Below the pieces are notes generated by a model. The model did no database searches. It had not been told where the DNA came from and was given only the letters and a program-made list of their open reading frames with translations. Source: an uncultured Lysobacterales bacterium (GTDB taxonomy: Bacteria > Pseudomonadota > Gammaproteobacteria > Xanthomonadales > SZUA-36). Taken from it: a DNA stretch of 51,855 bases. Below are positions 17,789 to 26,497 of this stretch, in pieces. Location: contig CAMYKC010000020.1 in assembly GCA_947258865.1 (NCBI GenBank), positions 1-51,855 of the forward strand. Direction: 5' to 3'. A program made the position numbers and the translations under genes. Every line of letters begins with the position of its first letter. The first letter of the stretch is position 1.

Positions 17789-18756
17789 GGTGGATGGTTC
17801 TGCTTATGCTGGCGATGTTGGCCCAGCCCGTTTTCGCCGGCAGTGAAGGGGAACCCCGGCCGGGTAATCCCCGTGGGTACGAGACGGATATTCTCTTTGA
17901 CACGTTTGGCATAGATCAGGAAGACATAGACGCCGATATCAACCAGGTTTTCCAGGGCTGTGCTCAGCGCGATTGCATTCCTTCCATCGACCAACCGCAA
18001 TTCCTGGCGGTGGGAGAGGTCGATTTTCTGGATGCCGACGATCTTGTTCTGGCGGTCAGCCTGGCTGGGAAGACACGCGCCTATCCTGTCCGCATTCTCG
18101 ATCGGCACGAAATCGTCAATGACCGCTTCGGTGATTTGCCGGTTGCCGTGACTTACTGTCCTCTTTGTGGTTCAGGCGTCGCATTTATCCGTATCGTCAA
18201 TGGGCAGGAGACGGAATTGGGCGTCTCAGGGTTGTTGCATAACAACGATTTGATCATGTATGACCGCCTGACCTTCTCCATCTGGCAACAAATAACAGGT
18301 CGCTCGCTTGCTGGGCCTGAAAGGGGAGCCTCTCTGGAATCGGTGCCTGTGACCATGGCGGCCTGGGTCGATTGGCGCCGGGAGAACCCGGACGCTGCCG
18401 TCCTGAAACCGCCTGTGGACGCGCGTAATTACAGCAAGAACGCCTACGGTGACTACGCGTCCAGCGATCGTCTTCTTTTCCCGGTCAATGCCACCGATGC
18501 ACGCTTGCATGTCAAAAAAGTCATCTATGGCCTGGAAATCGCAGACCACTCCATTGCGGTGGAATCCGATTGGCTAATCACCCAGGGTATCTGGGAACAC
18601 GATCTGGACGGCAGGCCTCTGCGCCTGGAGGTAGACCAGGCCGGGGGGGTCAGGGGATACCTGGCCGGCGAACCGCTGCCGGTGCATCGGATGTACTGGT
18701 TCGCCTGGTACAGCTTCCACCCGGATACCAGCCTGATCGACGCCCGCAACCACTGA
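17785..18756 (+). CDS. Periplasmic DUF3179 domain protein
   Basis: The ATG overlaps the perM stop (ATGA). Signal peptide MRWMVLLMLAMLAQPVFAG. Carries the DUF3179 hallmarks RDCIPSIDQPQF, YPVRILDRHEIVND, VTYCPLCGSG and LYDR.T.S.W.Q. Confidence 0.7.
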   Translation: MRWMVLLMLAMLAQPVFAGSEGEPRPGNPRGYETDILFDTFGIDQEDIDADINQVFQGCAQRDCIPSIDQPQFLAVGEVDFLDADDLVLAVSLAGKTRAYPVRILDRHEIVNDRFGDLPVAVTYCPLCGSGVAFIRIVNGQETELGVSGLLHNNDLIMYDRLTFSIWQQITGRSLAGPERGASLESVPVTMAAWVDWRRENPDAAVLKPPVDARNYSKNAYGDYASSDRLLFPVNATDARLHVKKVIYGLEIADHSIAVESDWLITQGIWEHDLDGRPLRLEVDQAGGVRGYLAGEPLPVHRMYWFAWYSFHPDTSLIDARNH

Positions 18757-18846
18757 TCATTCTTGTTGAAGCGGCTCCACTGGAGCTAAAAACTGTACAC
18801 ATGTGGAACCGGGTGCTTGTACGCAGTACACGCTCATGACATCCCT

Positions 18847-18889
18847 GTGCGCTCTTCATCTGTTCCCGACAGATGGAGGTACTGCGCAC
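18847..18889. other. Compound inverted repeat in the convergent gap between the DUF3179 gene and phoH2
   Basis: GTGCGC-tctt-CATCTGT-tcccg-ACAGATG-gaggtact-GCGCAC. There is no U-tract on either strand. It may be a bidirectional terminator or a protein-binding site. Confidence 0.3.
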
Positions 18890-18950
18890 AGACACCCGGT
18901 TCCCCCCGAGCTCATATTTCTTGATTACCGGCATGGCTGGGTACCACCAA

Positions 18951-20345
18951 CTACAGCGCATCGGAAGCAAAATCCGCCAGGCGTGATCGTTCGCCGCGCC
19001 GGAGCGTGATGTGGCCCGCGTGCTCCCAGTGCTTGAAGCGGTCAACCGCGAACGTGAGGCCGGATGTGGTCTCTGTCAGGTAGGGCGTGTCGATCTGTTC
19101 AACATTACCCAGGCAGACCATTTTCGTACCCGGCCCCGCCCGCGTTAAGAGTGCTTTCATTTGTTTGGGCGTGATGTTTTGCGCCTCGTCAATGATCACG
19201 AAGCGGTTCAGGAACGTCCTTCCACGCATGAAATTCAGCGCCCGGACCTTGACCCGGCTGGCCAACAGGTCGTTGGTGGCGGCCCGGCCCCACTCGCCAC
19301 CCTCCTGGGGTTGGGTGAGCACTTCCAGGTTGTCCGTCAATGCCCCCATCCAGGGCGTCATCTTTTCCTCTTCAGTTCCCGGCAGGTAACCGATGTCTTC
19401 GCCGATTGAGACCGTGGCCCGGGTCACGATAATTTCCGAATAGCGTTTTTCGTCCATGGTTTGTGACAGCCCCGCCGCGAGCGTCAACAGAGTCTTTCCC
19501 GTGCCGGCGGTCCCCATCAGGGTGACGAAATCCACGTCTGGGTCCATCAGCAAGTTGAGCGCAAAATTCTGTTCGCGGTTGCGGGCATATATACCCCACA
19601 CGTTTTTTCGGCCTTCGTAGTAATCATCGGCCAGGCTGAGCTTCACACTGTTCTTGTCCACTTGCTTGACGACGGCCTCTATTCCGCCTTCCTCGCCAAT
19701 TGCAACGCACTGGTTGGGATACCAGCTGTTTTCCTCGTCAATGGGAATCCGGTAATGGGCACGGCCGCTGTCGTTCCAGGATTCGACCTGGGGATGCGCC
19801 TCCCAGAATCCTTCATCGTGCAGCCGTATGCCCCGGTAAAGCAGGCTGAGGTCGTCCAGGGCGCGATCGTTATAGTAGTCTTCGGCCTGGACACCAAGAA
19901 TGGCAGCTTTGATTCTCAGGTTGATGTCCTTGGAAACGAGCACGATGTCCTGGTTCGAGAGCGATTCCTGGATGGAAATGGCGGTGCTCAAAATCTCGTT
20001 GTCCGCAAATGATCCGTCTCTCAGGAGGCTGGAGTGGCATTCCGGCATCGCGGTTTGAAAAAATAGCCGGCCGGTGCCGGCGTCGAGTTCCAGTCCATCC
20101 GGTTCCTGCAACAGCAAGCCTTCATCGAGTCGGCTCGCCCCTTGCTTCTGCATCATTTCACCGATGAAACGGCTCACCTGGCGCACGTTCCTGGCAACCT
20201 CCGACAAGCCCTTTTTTGCAGCATCGAGTTCTTCCAACACCATCATGGGCAGAAATACATCATGTTCTTCGAAGCGGAAAATAGCGGTGGGGTCGTGCAT
20301 CAGCACGTTGGTATCGAGTATATAAAGACGTTTATCACTTCCCAT
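18951..20345 (-). CDS. PIN-domain plus PhoH-like ATPase fusion (PhoH2/YlaK type)
   Basis: N-terminal PIN (LYILDTNVLMHDP...LEELD) and a C-terminal PhoH P-loop (GTAGTGKTLL...IIDEAQN). Confidence 0.8.
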   Translation of the reverse strand: MGSDKRLYILDTNVLMHDPTAIFRFEEHDVFLPMMVLEELDAAKKGLSEVARNVRQVSRFIGEMMQKQGASRLDEGLLLQEPDGLELDAGTGRLFFQTAMPECHSSLLRDGSFADNEILSTAISIQESLSNQDIVLVSKDINLRIKAAILGVQAEDYYNDRALDDLSLLYRGIRLHDEGFWEAHPQVESWNDSGRAHYRIPIDEENSWYPNQCVAIGEEGGIEAVVKQVDKNSVKLSLADDYYEGRKNVWGIYARNREQNFALNLLMDPDVDFVTLMGTAGTGKTLLTLAAGLSQTMDEKRYSEIIVTRATVSIGEDIGYLPGTEEEKMTPWMGALTDNLEVLTQPQEGGEWGRAATNDLLASRVKVRALNFMRGRTFLNRFVIIDEAQNITPKQMKALLTRAGPGTKMVCLGNVEQIDTPYLTETTSGLTFAVDRFKHWEHAGHITLRRGERSRLADFASDAL

Positions 20346-20382
20346 TAAAGGGTTCTTCCTTGGCAGTGTGGGGGTATGTGGA

Positions 20383-20844
20383 TTACTGGGACTTTACAGC
20401 CTCGAGCACCTCCTCAACGTGACCCTTGACCCGTACCTTGCGCCATTCCCGGCGCAGGATGCCGTTCCCGTCGAGCAGGAAGGTGCTGCGGACGATTCCC
20501 AACACCTTTCGCCCGTACATATTTTTTTCATGGATCACATCAAATTGTTTGCAAAGCTTTTCGTCCTCGTCAGACAGCAGGTCGAAAGGGAAATTCTGTT
20601 TCGCCTTGAAATTTTCATGCCTCTGCAGGCTGTCACGGGACACACCCAGTATTTCGGCGCCTGCTTTTTTGAACTCATTGTAGTGATCCCGAAAGTTCTG
20701 CCCCTCGAGCGTGCACCCGGGCGTGCTGTCTTTGGGATAGAAATAGATGATGAGCTTGGTGTCTTTGAAATCATCCAGTGATACGGTTTTGCCGCCGGTA
20801 GCCAGAACTGAAAAGTTGGCTGCCTTCTTGCCGATGCTGACCAT
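20383..20844 (-). CDS. bcp: Thiol peroxidase Bcp (peroxiredoxin Q type)
   Basis: YFYPKDSTPGCT active site. Start at ATG 20844 (MVSIGKKAANF), 153 aa. Confidence 0.85.
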   Translation of the reverse strand: MVSIGKKAANFSVLATGGKTVSLDDFKDTKLIIYFYPKDSTPGCTLEGQNFRDHYNEFKKAGAEILGVSRDSLQRHENFKAKQNFPFDLLSDEDEKLCKQFDVIHEKNMYGRKVLGIVRSTFLLDGNGILRREWRKVRVKGHVEEVLEAVKSQ

Positions 20845-20946
20845 CAACGCTCCATTTTTTATATCAATCAATGAGCAAAAGCAGCATACTTGCCAGCATG
20901 TAGTACCGCAAGTACCATGACGCCCAATTCCGAGCTTTTCGATTCC

Positions 20947-21828
20947 ATGTTCAACGGCAGCATCGTAGCACAGGTGACACCCTTCACCGATCAGGGCAGC
21001 ATCGACTTCGATGCGCTTGACCGCCTTGTGGAAATGCACCTCCAAAACGGCACCGATGGACTGGTCGTCGCCGGGACGACCGGTGAGTCAGCGACCCTGG
21101 AGCAAGACGAGTTCACGGACATGCTTTCCAGGATCATTGAGCGGGTGGCGGGAAGAATACCCGTGCTGGCCGGTACCGGCAGTGCATCTACGGCGTCCGC
21201 GCTGAAACAGACCCGGTTGGCCGGCGACTCGGGTGCTGATGCGGCGCTGGTCGTCACGCCTTATTACAATCGACCGACTCAGGCCGGTCTCGAAGCCCAT
21301 TTCACGGCGATCGCCGACGCTTCAGCAATCCCCGTCGTGCTTTACAATGTGCCCTCCCGGACCGCGGTCGATATGCTTCCTGCAACCGTTGAGCGCCTGT
21401 CACGGCATCCCCGCATCACCGGCATCAAGGAGGCCGTCGCCGAGACTGGCAGGATTGATGAACTGCTGTCGCGCTGCGGGCCGGATTTCACGGTGCTCAG
21501 CGGGGATGATTCCAGCTGTCTCCAATCGATGAAGCAGGGCGCCAAGGGGGTCATTTCAGTAGCGGCCAACGTGGCTCCAGGCATGATGCATGAACTGTGC
21601 GTGGCCGCGACGCAACATGACTGGGCGCTCACCGGGAAGATCGAGCGGAGCTTGCGGCCACTTTTCGATCTTTTAATGATCGAAACCAATCCGATTCCTG
21701 TAAAATGGGCTCTTTTTGAAATGAACCTGGTCGGCCCGCGGATTCGATTGCCCCTGACCGAACTGGACACGTCGCTGCGCGAGCGGCTGAGGCAGGTTCT
21801 GGATGACCTGGGGCTGATCCAGGTTTAA
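20947..21828 (+). CDS. dapA: 4-hydroxy-tetrahydrodipicolinate synthase
   Basis: MFNGSIVAQVTPF...GTTGESATL...YNRP...YNVPSRT matches DapA. Start placed at ATG 20947 by alignment with E. coli MFTGSIVAIVTP. Confidence 0.85.
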   Translation: MFNGSIVAQVTPFTDQGSIDFDALDRLVEMHLQNGTDGLVVAGTTGESATLEQDEFTDMLSRIIERVAGRIPVLAGTGSASTASALKQTRLAGDSGADAALVVTPYYNRPTQAGLEAHFTAIADASAIPVVLYNVPSRTAVDMLPATVERLSRHPRITGIKEAVAETGRIDELLSRCGPDFTVLSGDDSSCLQSMKQGAKGVISVAANVAPGMMHELCVAATQHDWALTGKIERSLRPLFDLLMIETNPIPVKWALFEMNLVGPRIRLPLTELDTSLRERLRQVLDDLGLIQV

Positions 21829-21856
21829 ATGGTTAAAGCGGGCTCGACCCGACGGT

Positions 21857-22483
21857 ATGATATTTATGATGAGTTTAGTCCGATACTTCTGCGCAATCAT
21901 GACGGCATTCGCTGTCCTGCTACTCGCTGCATGCTCGTTCGGAGAGAAACGACCGGAATACTATGACGCGGCCGAAACGGCGCCGTTGGAGATTCCTGAA
22001 GGAATGGACCGTCCGGATTCCAGCTCAGCGCTGATCATCCTGTCGCCTCCGGTCCCACCTCCTTCGCTGGTGATGGAAACCAAACCACCCAGGATTTCGA
22101 GTACGACTTCGGGCCTCGATGCCAATTCCAGCTTCAGGTGGTCTTCGGAGGGTTTGTACCTCATGGTTGAAGACTCACCGGAAAGCGCCCACCGCCGCCT
22201 CGGCCTGGTGATTAAGCGCGCGGGCATGGAACGGGTAAGTCTCGATGAAAAGGGTGTTTACCGTTTCGATTATTACCAGCAATTCAAGAGTGAGGGTGGT
22301 TTTTTCAAAAAAATGGCGTTCTGGAGCCGGGACAAGAGTGAAGATTACAGCGGTGCTTACCAGACTTTCACCAGGCCGGACGGAGACAAGACACGCGTCT
22401 ATATAAAATATGCGGATGGCACGGATTGTGAGCCGGATGCCGCAGAGCATGTGTTGGAAGTCATACGCGCCCGGCTGGGTTGA
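21857..22483 (+). CDS. bamC: BamC (NlpB)-like outer-membrane lipoprotein, short form
   Basis: Lipobox LLLAAC|S, in the conserved position immediately after dapA. At 208 aa it is much shorter than E. coli BamC (344 aa). Confidence 0.6.
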   Translation: MIFMMSLVRYFCAIMTAFAVLLLAACSFGEKRPEYYDAAETAPLEIPEGMDRPDSSSALIILSPPVPPPSLVMETKPPRISSTTSGLDANSSFRWSSEGLYLMVEDSPESAHRRLGLVIKRAGMERVSLDEKGVYRFDYYQQFKSEGGFFKKMAFWSRDKSEDYSGAYQTFTRPDGDKTRVYIKYADGTDCEPDAAEHVLEVIRARLG

Positions 22484-22494
22484 AGAGCCTGGTC

Positions 22495-22818
22495 TTATTT
22501 TTCCAGAAGCTCCAGCTTGCCCTCTTTGCCGTCCCATGCTTCAGCATCGGCCGGAGGGTCTTTCTGTTCCGTGATCACCGGCCATTCCAGGGACAGCTCA
22601 GCATTGAGCTCAATAAAGATTTCCTGCCCTTCCGGAAGGTCGTCCTCGGGGTAAATGGCCTCGGCAGGGCATTCCGGTTCGCACAGCGTGCAGTCGATAC
22701 ATTCTTCCGGATCAATCACCAGGAAGTTCGGGCCCTCGTGGAAACAATCGACGGGGCAGACTTCGACGCAATCGGTGTACTTGCATTTAATGCAATTTTC
22801 GGTAACAACAAATGTCAT
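22495..22818 (-). CDS. fdxA: 7Fe ferredoxin (Azotobacter FdI type)
   Basis: [51 protein letters not shown] has the canonical [3Fe-4S][4Fe-4S] cysteine spacing. Confidence 0.9.
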   Translation of the reverse strand: MTFVVTENCIKCKYTDCVEVCPVDCFHEGPNFLVIDPEECIDCTLCEPECPAEAIYPEDDLPEGQEIFIELNAELSLEWPVITEQKDPPADAEAWDGKEGKLELLEK

Positions 22819-22842
22819 AGGGGAGTCTCGTTTCCAAAAAAT

Positions 22843-22918
22843 TGGCGCTCCCTACGAGAATCGAACTCGTGTTTCCGCCTTGAGAGGGCGGCGTCCTGGA
22901 CCGCTAGACGAAGGGAGC
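22843..22918 (-). tRNA. tRNA-Glu (anticodon CUC)
   Basis: The minus strand gives GCTCCCTTCGTCTAGCGGTCCAGGACGCCGCCCTCTCAAGGCGGAAACACGAGTTCGATTCTCGTAGGGAGCGCCA. The cloverleaf folds, with acceptor GCTCCCT/AGGGAGC, anticodon stem CCGCC/GGCGG, loop CTCTCAA and an encoded CCA. It closely resembles E. coli tRNA-Glu. Confidence 0.9.
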
Positions 22919-23019
22919 GTCCCGATTTCGTAAATTAAACGAACTTAATGAACATCCGGGCGCTCATGTTAAACTAGCGCAACCGCTTCGTTCAACCTGT
23001 CATATAGCGTAAAAATAAC

Positions 23020-24297
23020 ATTAGCGATTTTGTCACCATTCCCCAGTCCGAACATGGAATCAGGCTCAAAGAGCTCTGCCCGCATGCGACGGAAGTAGTC
23101 AGAGACTTGCAACTGGCCGGTTTCGAGGCCTTTATCGTGGGCGGCAGTGTGCGTGATTTGCTGCTTGGCAAGGCGCCCAAGGATTTCGACGTCGCGACGA
23201 GTGCGACACCCGAGGAAGTGCAGGATGTTTTTCCACGCTGCCGCCTGATCGGCCGCAGATTCAGATTGGCTCACGTACGAGTTTCGGGCGCGCTGATCGA
23301 AGTGGCCACATTCAGAGGAATGTTTTCGCCGGACGATGATCGTGATCAGCAGAACGGGCGGATACTGAGTGATAATGTTTTCGGCACGGTTGAAGAAGAC
23401 GCGAAGCGGCGTGATTTCACGATCAATGCGCTTTTTCTTGACCCGGTCAGCGGTGATATCCGCGACTACGTCGGTGGATACAAGGACCTGACGGAGAGGC
23501 GTCTGCGCCTGATTGGAGACCAGGGCGTTCGTTACCAGGAAGACCCGGTGCGCCTGCTTCGGGCGGCACGATTCGTGGCCAAACTGGGCGTCGAACCGGA
23601 CGAAGATACCGCCAAACAGATTCCGTCGCTGGCCCCCCTGCTGGAGAATGTTCCAACCGCACGCCTGTTCGAGGAAATCTGCAAGCTCTTCCTGACCGGG
23701 CACGGTTTGCGCAGCCTTGAAGCGTTGCAGCGTTTTGGTCTGAGCACGACCTTGTTTCCCGGACTCCCGAAGGGGTCCGGACCCGGCAAGATTCTGATCG
23801 GCCCGGTGTTGCACAAAACGCTCGGGAACACCGATGAACGGGTCAGGACCGGCAAGCCGGTAACGCCTGCATTCCTCATCGCGGCATTGTTATGGCAGCC
23901 GGTCCAGGAAAGGTCACAAGCCCTGATCGATGCGGGAGAGTCAGAATACGTTGCTCTGATGAATGCTTCGGAAGAGGCCATTTCAGCCCAGGTGATGAGG
24001 ACAGCCATTCCGCGCCGCTTCAGTGCCGTCACCCGGCAAATCTGGCTCATGCAGGCACGTTTCAAAAAGACGCAGGGCAAGCGCTGGAAGCGCCTGCTTT
24101 ACGAGCAACGCTTCCGTGCGGGCTATGATTTCCTGTTGATGCGGGCGTCGGAAGATCCATCGCTCGAGCCCTTGTGCAAATTCTGGACAAAGGCCCAGCG
24201 GGGAGTGGATTTTCAGCGAGACCTGGGTTACGACAGGGGGTCGGCAAGAGACCGGCCGCGGAATCGTTACCGGCGACGCGCACCGACGACAGGCTGA
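23020..24297 (+). CDS. pcnB: Poly(A) polymerase I, probable non-canonical ATT start
   Basis: FIVGGSVRDLLLGKAPKDFDVATSATPEEV...RLIGRRFRLAHV...RRDFTINAL is the PcnB signature. Conserved N-terminal sequence (IRLKELCPHATEVVRDL) extends upstream of the first TTG (23107). Between it and the in-frame TAG at 23005 there are only ATT (23020, 23038) and ATC (23059) codons. Confidence 0.8.
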   Translation: MSDFVTIPQSEHGIRLKELCPHATEVVRDLQLAGFEAFIVGGSVRDLLLGKAPKDFDVATSATPEEVQDVFPRCRLIGRRFRLAHVRVSGALIEVATFRGMFSPDDDRDQQNGRILSDNVFGTVEEDAKRRDFTINALFLDPVSGDIRDYVGGYKDLTERRLRLIGDQGVRYQEDPVRLLRAARFVAKLGVEPDEDTAKQIPSLAPLLENVPTARLFEEICKLFLTGHGLRSLEALQRFGLSTTLFPGLPKGSGPGKILIGPVLHKTLGNTDERVRTGKPVTPAFLIAALLWQPVQERSQALIDAGESEYVALMNASEEAISAQVMRTAIPRRFSAVTRQIWLMQARFKKTQGKRWKRLLYEQRFRAGYDFLLMRASEDPSLEPLCKFWTKAQRGVDFQRDLGYDRGSARDRPRNRYRRRAPTTG

Positions 24298-24309
24298 CCG
24301 GATTGGATC

Positions 24310-24798
24310 ATGGGCGCCTGGATCGGCCTGGGAGGAAATCGAGGTAACTCCGTGACGCTGCTGGAGTCGGCGTTGTCCCTGATTGGGTCGTCCGGTAGTA
24401 TTTCACTTCTGCGCCATTCAAAGCTTTATCGTTCTGCACCCTGGGGCGTTGCGGATCAGCCGGATTTCATTAACGCGGTGGCGGAACTCGATACCCAGAT
24501 GCAGCCGCTGCAGTTGCTCTTGTTTTTGCAGGGAATCGAGGAAGACTTTGGCAGGGAACGGGGTGATTTGCGGTGGGGCCCCCGTTGCATTGACCTGGAT
24601 TTGCTCACATATGATGATTTGGTGCTGAGGTCAAAAGACCTTCGGATTCCGCATCCACGAATGCACCAACGGGCTTTCGTGCTGGTGCCGATCCTCGAAC
24701 TTGAGCCGGATTTCAGGATTCCCGGCAGGGGCAAGGCAGCAGATTGCCTGAACAGGATTGGCCTCCGCGAAGTGGAGTCCGTTGTACCCATGTCCTGA
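24310..24798 (+). CDS. folK: 2-amino-4-hydroxy-6-hydroxymethyldihydropteridine diphosphokinase
   Basis: IGLGGN....SSLYRSAPWG...QPDFINAV.EL......LL..LQ.IE...GR.R..RWGPR.IDLDLL is the HPPK pattern. It sits in the conserved position after pcnB. Confidence 0.85.
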   Translation: MGAWIGLGGNRGNSVTLLESALSLIGSSGSISLLRHSKLYRSAPWGVADQPDFINAVAELDTQMQPLQLLLFLQGIEEDFGRERGDLRWGPRCIDLDLLTYDDLVLRSKDLRIPHPRMHQRAFVLVPILELEPDFRIPGRGKAADCLNRIGLREVESVVPMS

Positions 24799-24818
24799 CT
24801 GATACAGGAATTTTCATC

Positions 24819-25613
24819 ATGAACACCGCAGCGCTTACCATCAATCATCTGTCCGGCATGAAGCAGCAAGGCGAGAAAATCGCCATGCTCACCTGCTACG
24901 ATGCGACCTTTGCCCAAGCCATGGATCAGGCCGGCGTGGACATTATCCTGGTGGGGGACTCGCTCGGTATGGTTGTCCAGGGTCGTGATTCCACGGTGGG
25001 TGTCAGTGTCGAGGACATTGCCTATCACACCCAATGTGTTTCGCAGGGCCTGGAAAGAACGTTTCTGCTCGCCGACATGCCGTTTGGCAGTTTTCATAAT
25101 GAATCCACAGCGATGGAAAATGCCGTTATCCTGCTTGGTGCCGGAAGCTCGATGGTCAAGCTGGAGGGCGCAGGCCCGATGATCGGCATCGTGGAGTACA
25201 TGACGAGCAGGGGCGCGCCGGTATGCGGACACCTGGGGCTGACACCGCAAAGTGTGCATCAGCTGGGTGGCTTCAAGGTCCAGGCGCGGGATGAAGTCTC
25301 TGCCAGGCAATTACTGCAGGATGCGCAGGCCATCGAAGAGGCGGGTGCCCAGATGCTGGTGCTGGAATGTGTGCCTGCCGCCCTGGGCAAGGCAGTTGCT
25401 GCCGCACTGGATGTTCCGGTGATCGGTATCGGGGCCGGTGTTGATTGCGACGGGCAGGTTCTGGTCATGCATGACATGCTGGGCCTGGGTGAGCGGGCCC
25501 CGAAGTTCGTCGCTGATTTCATGCAGCAGAGCGATACCGTGGAGGGCGCCTTCAGGGCCTACGTTCAAAGCGTGCGCGAGGGCCGTTTCCCGTCAGAGGA
25601 GCATGAGTACTGA
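24819..25613 (+). CDS. panB: 3-methyl-2-oxobutanoate hydroxymethyltransferase
   Basis: KIAMLTCYDATFAQ...ILVGDSLGMVVQG...DMPFGS...VKLEGG is the PanB pattern. Start at ATG 24819. Confidence 0.85.
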   Translation: MNTAALTINHLSGMKQQGEKIAMLTCYDATFAQAMDQAGVDIILVGDSLGMVVQGRDSTVGVSVEDIAYHTQCVSQGLERTFLLADMPFGSFHNESTAMENAVILLGAGSSMVKLEGAGPMIGIVEYMTSRGAPVCGHLGLTPQSVHQLGGFKVQARDEVSARQLLQDAQAIEEAGAQMLVLECVPAALGKAVAAALDVPVIGIGAGVDCDGQVLVMHDMLGLGERAPKFVADFMQQSDTVEGAFRAYVQSVREGRFPSEEHEY

Positions 25614-26463
25614 TATGGAGTTGGCCGAAAACCGCGGGCAATTGTGGTCTTTCACCCGGCCCTGGAAAAAGAAAGGTCTGAAGTCAGCACTGGTCCCGAC
25701 AATGGGAAACCTGCACGATGGCCACCTGGCCCTGGTCAAGGCCGCCAGGGAACATGCTGACCGGGTGGTCACCAGCATCTACGTAAATCCTGCCCAGTTT
25801 GGGGAAGGAGAAGACTTCGACTCTTATCCACGCACCCTGGAATCGGATCTGCGGAAACTGGAAACGGCTGGTTGTGACCTCGCTTTTGTTCCGGACAACA
25901 AGACGATGTATCCCTGGGGGCCGGAAAATGGGGTGAGGCTGCTGGCCGCCCGTGGTTTATCAACCATTCTGGAAGGCGCTTCCCGACCAGGGCATTTTGA
26001 TGGTGTCGTGACCGTGGTCGCACGCCTGTTCAACCTCGTATGTCCGGATGTTGCTGTCTTCGGTGAAAAAGACTATCAGCAACTCCTGGTGATTCGACGG
26101 CTGGTCGAAGACCTGGGCTACCGCATCAAGATCGTGCCTCTGTCTACCGTGCGGGAATCCGGAGGTCTTGCCATGAGTTCACGCAACAATTACCTCGACA
26201 CAACACAAAGGAAAGCCGCCGGCCAGTTAAACAGGATTTTGCAGGATACCGCGGACCGCGCGGCTGTCGCCGACACTAAACTGGACCTCCTGGAGCATCA
26301 GGCTACCGTCAAACTGGAAGCGCAGCAGCTGCGCGTCGACTACCTTGCCTTCCGGCGCGCAAGCGATCTGGAAATCCCGAAAGCGGGTGATCGCGCACTC
26401 CGGCTGCTGGCTGCCGTGTGGTGTGGCCAAACCCGCCTGATTGATAACCTCCCGGTAAACTGA
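25603..26463 (+). CDS. panC: Pantoate--beta-alanine ligase
   Basis: LVPTMGNLHDGHLALV...SIYVNPAQFG...FGEKDYQQL is the PanC signature. Start is ATG 25603 (overlapping the panB end) or ATG 25615. Confidence 0.85.
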   Translation: MSTDMELAENRGQLWSFTRPWKKKGLKSALVPTMGNLHDGHLALVKAAREHADRVVTSIYVNPAQFGEGEDFDSYPRTLESDLRKLETAGCDLAFVPDNKTMYPWGPENGVRLLAARGLSTILEGASRPGHFDGVVTVVARLFNLVCPDVAVFGEKDYQQLLVIRRLVEDLGYRIKIVPLSTVRESGGLAMSSRNNYLDTTQRKAAGQLNRILQDTADRAAVADTKLDLLEHQATVKLEAQQLRVDYLAFRRASDLEIPKAGDRALRLLAAVWCGQTRLIDNLPVN

Positions 26464-26497
26464 GTTTGCTTTTGAGGCATTTAGTGGTATTATTACA

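Noticed and set aside
20890-20918. TTGCCA-17-TACCAT as the dapA promoter
   Set aside because: The match is acceptable, but it would leave a leader without any Shine-Dalgarno sequence before ATG 20947, and it overlaps alternative starts. Too weak to list as a feature.
22969-25310. 281-aa and 284-aa minus-strand ORFs (22969-23814, 24456-25310)
   Set aside because: They are antisense to pcnB and to folK/panB, which have unambiguous family signatures. No RBS or motif support.
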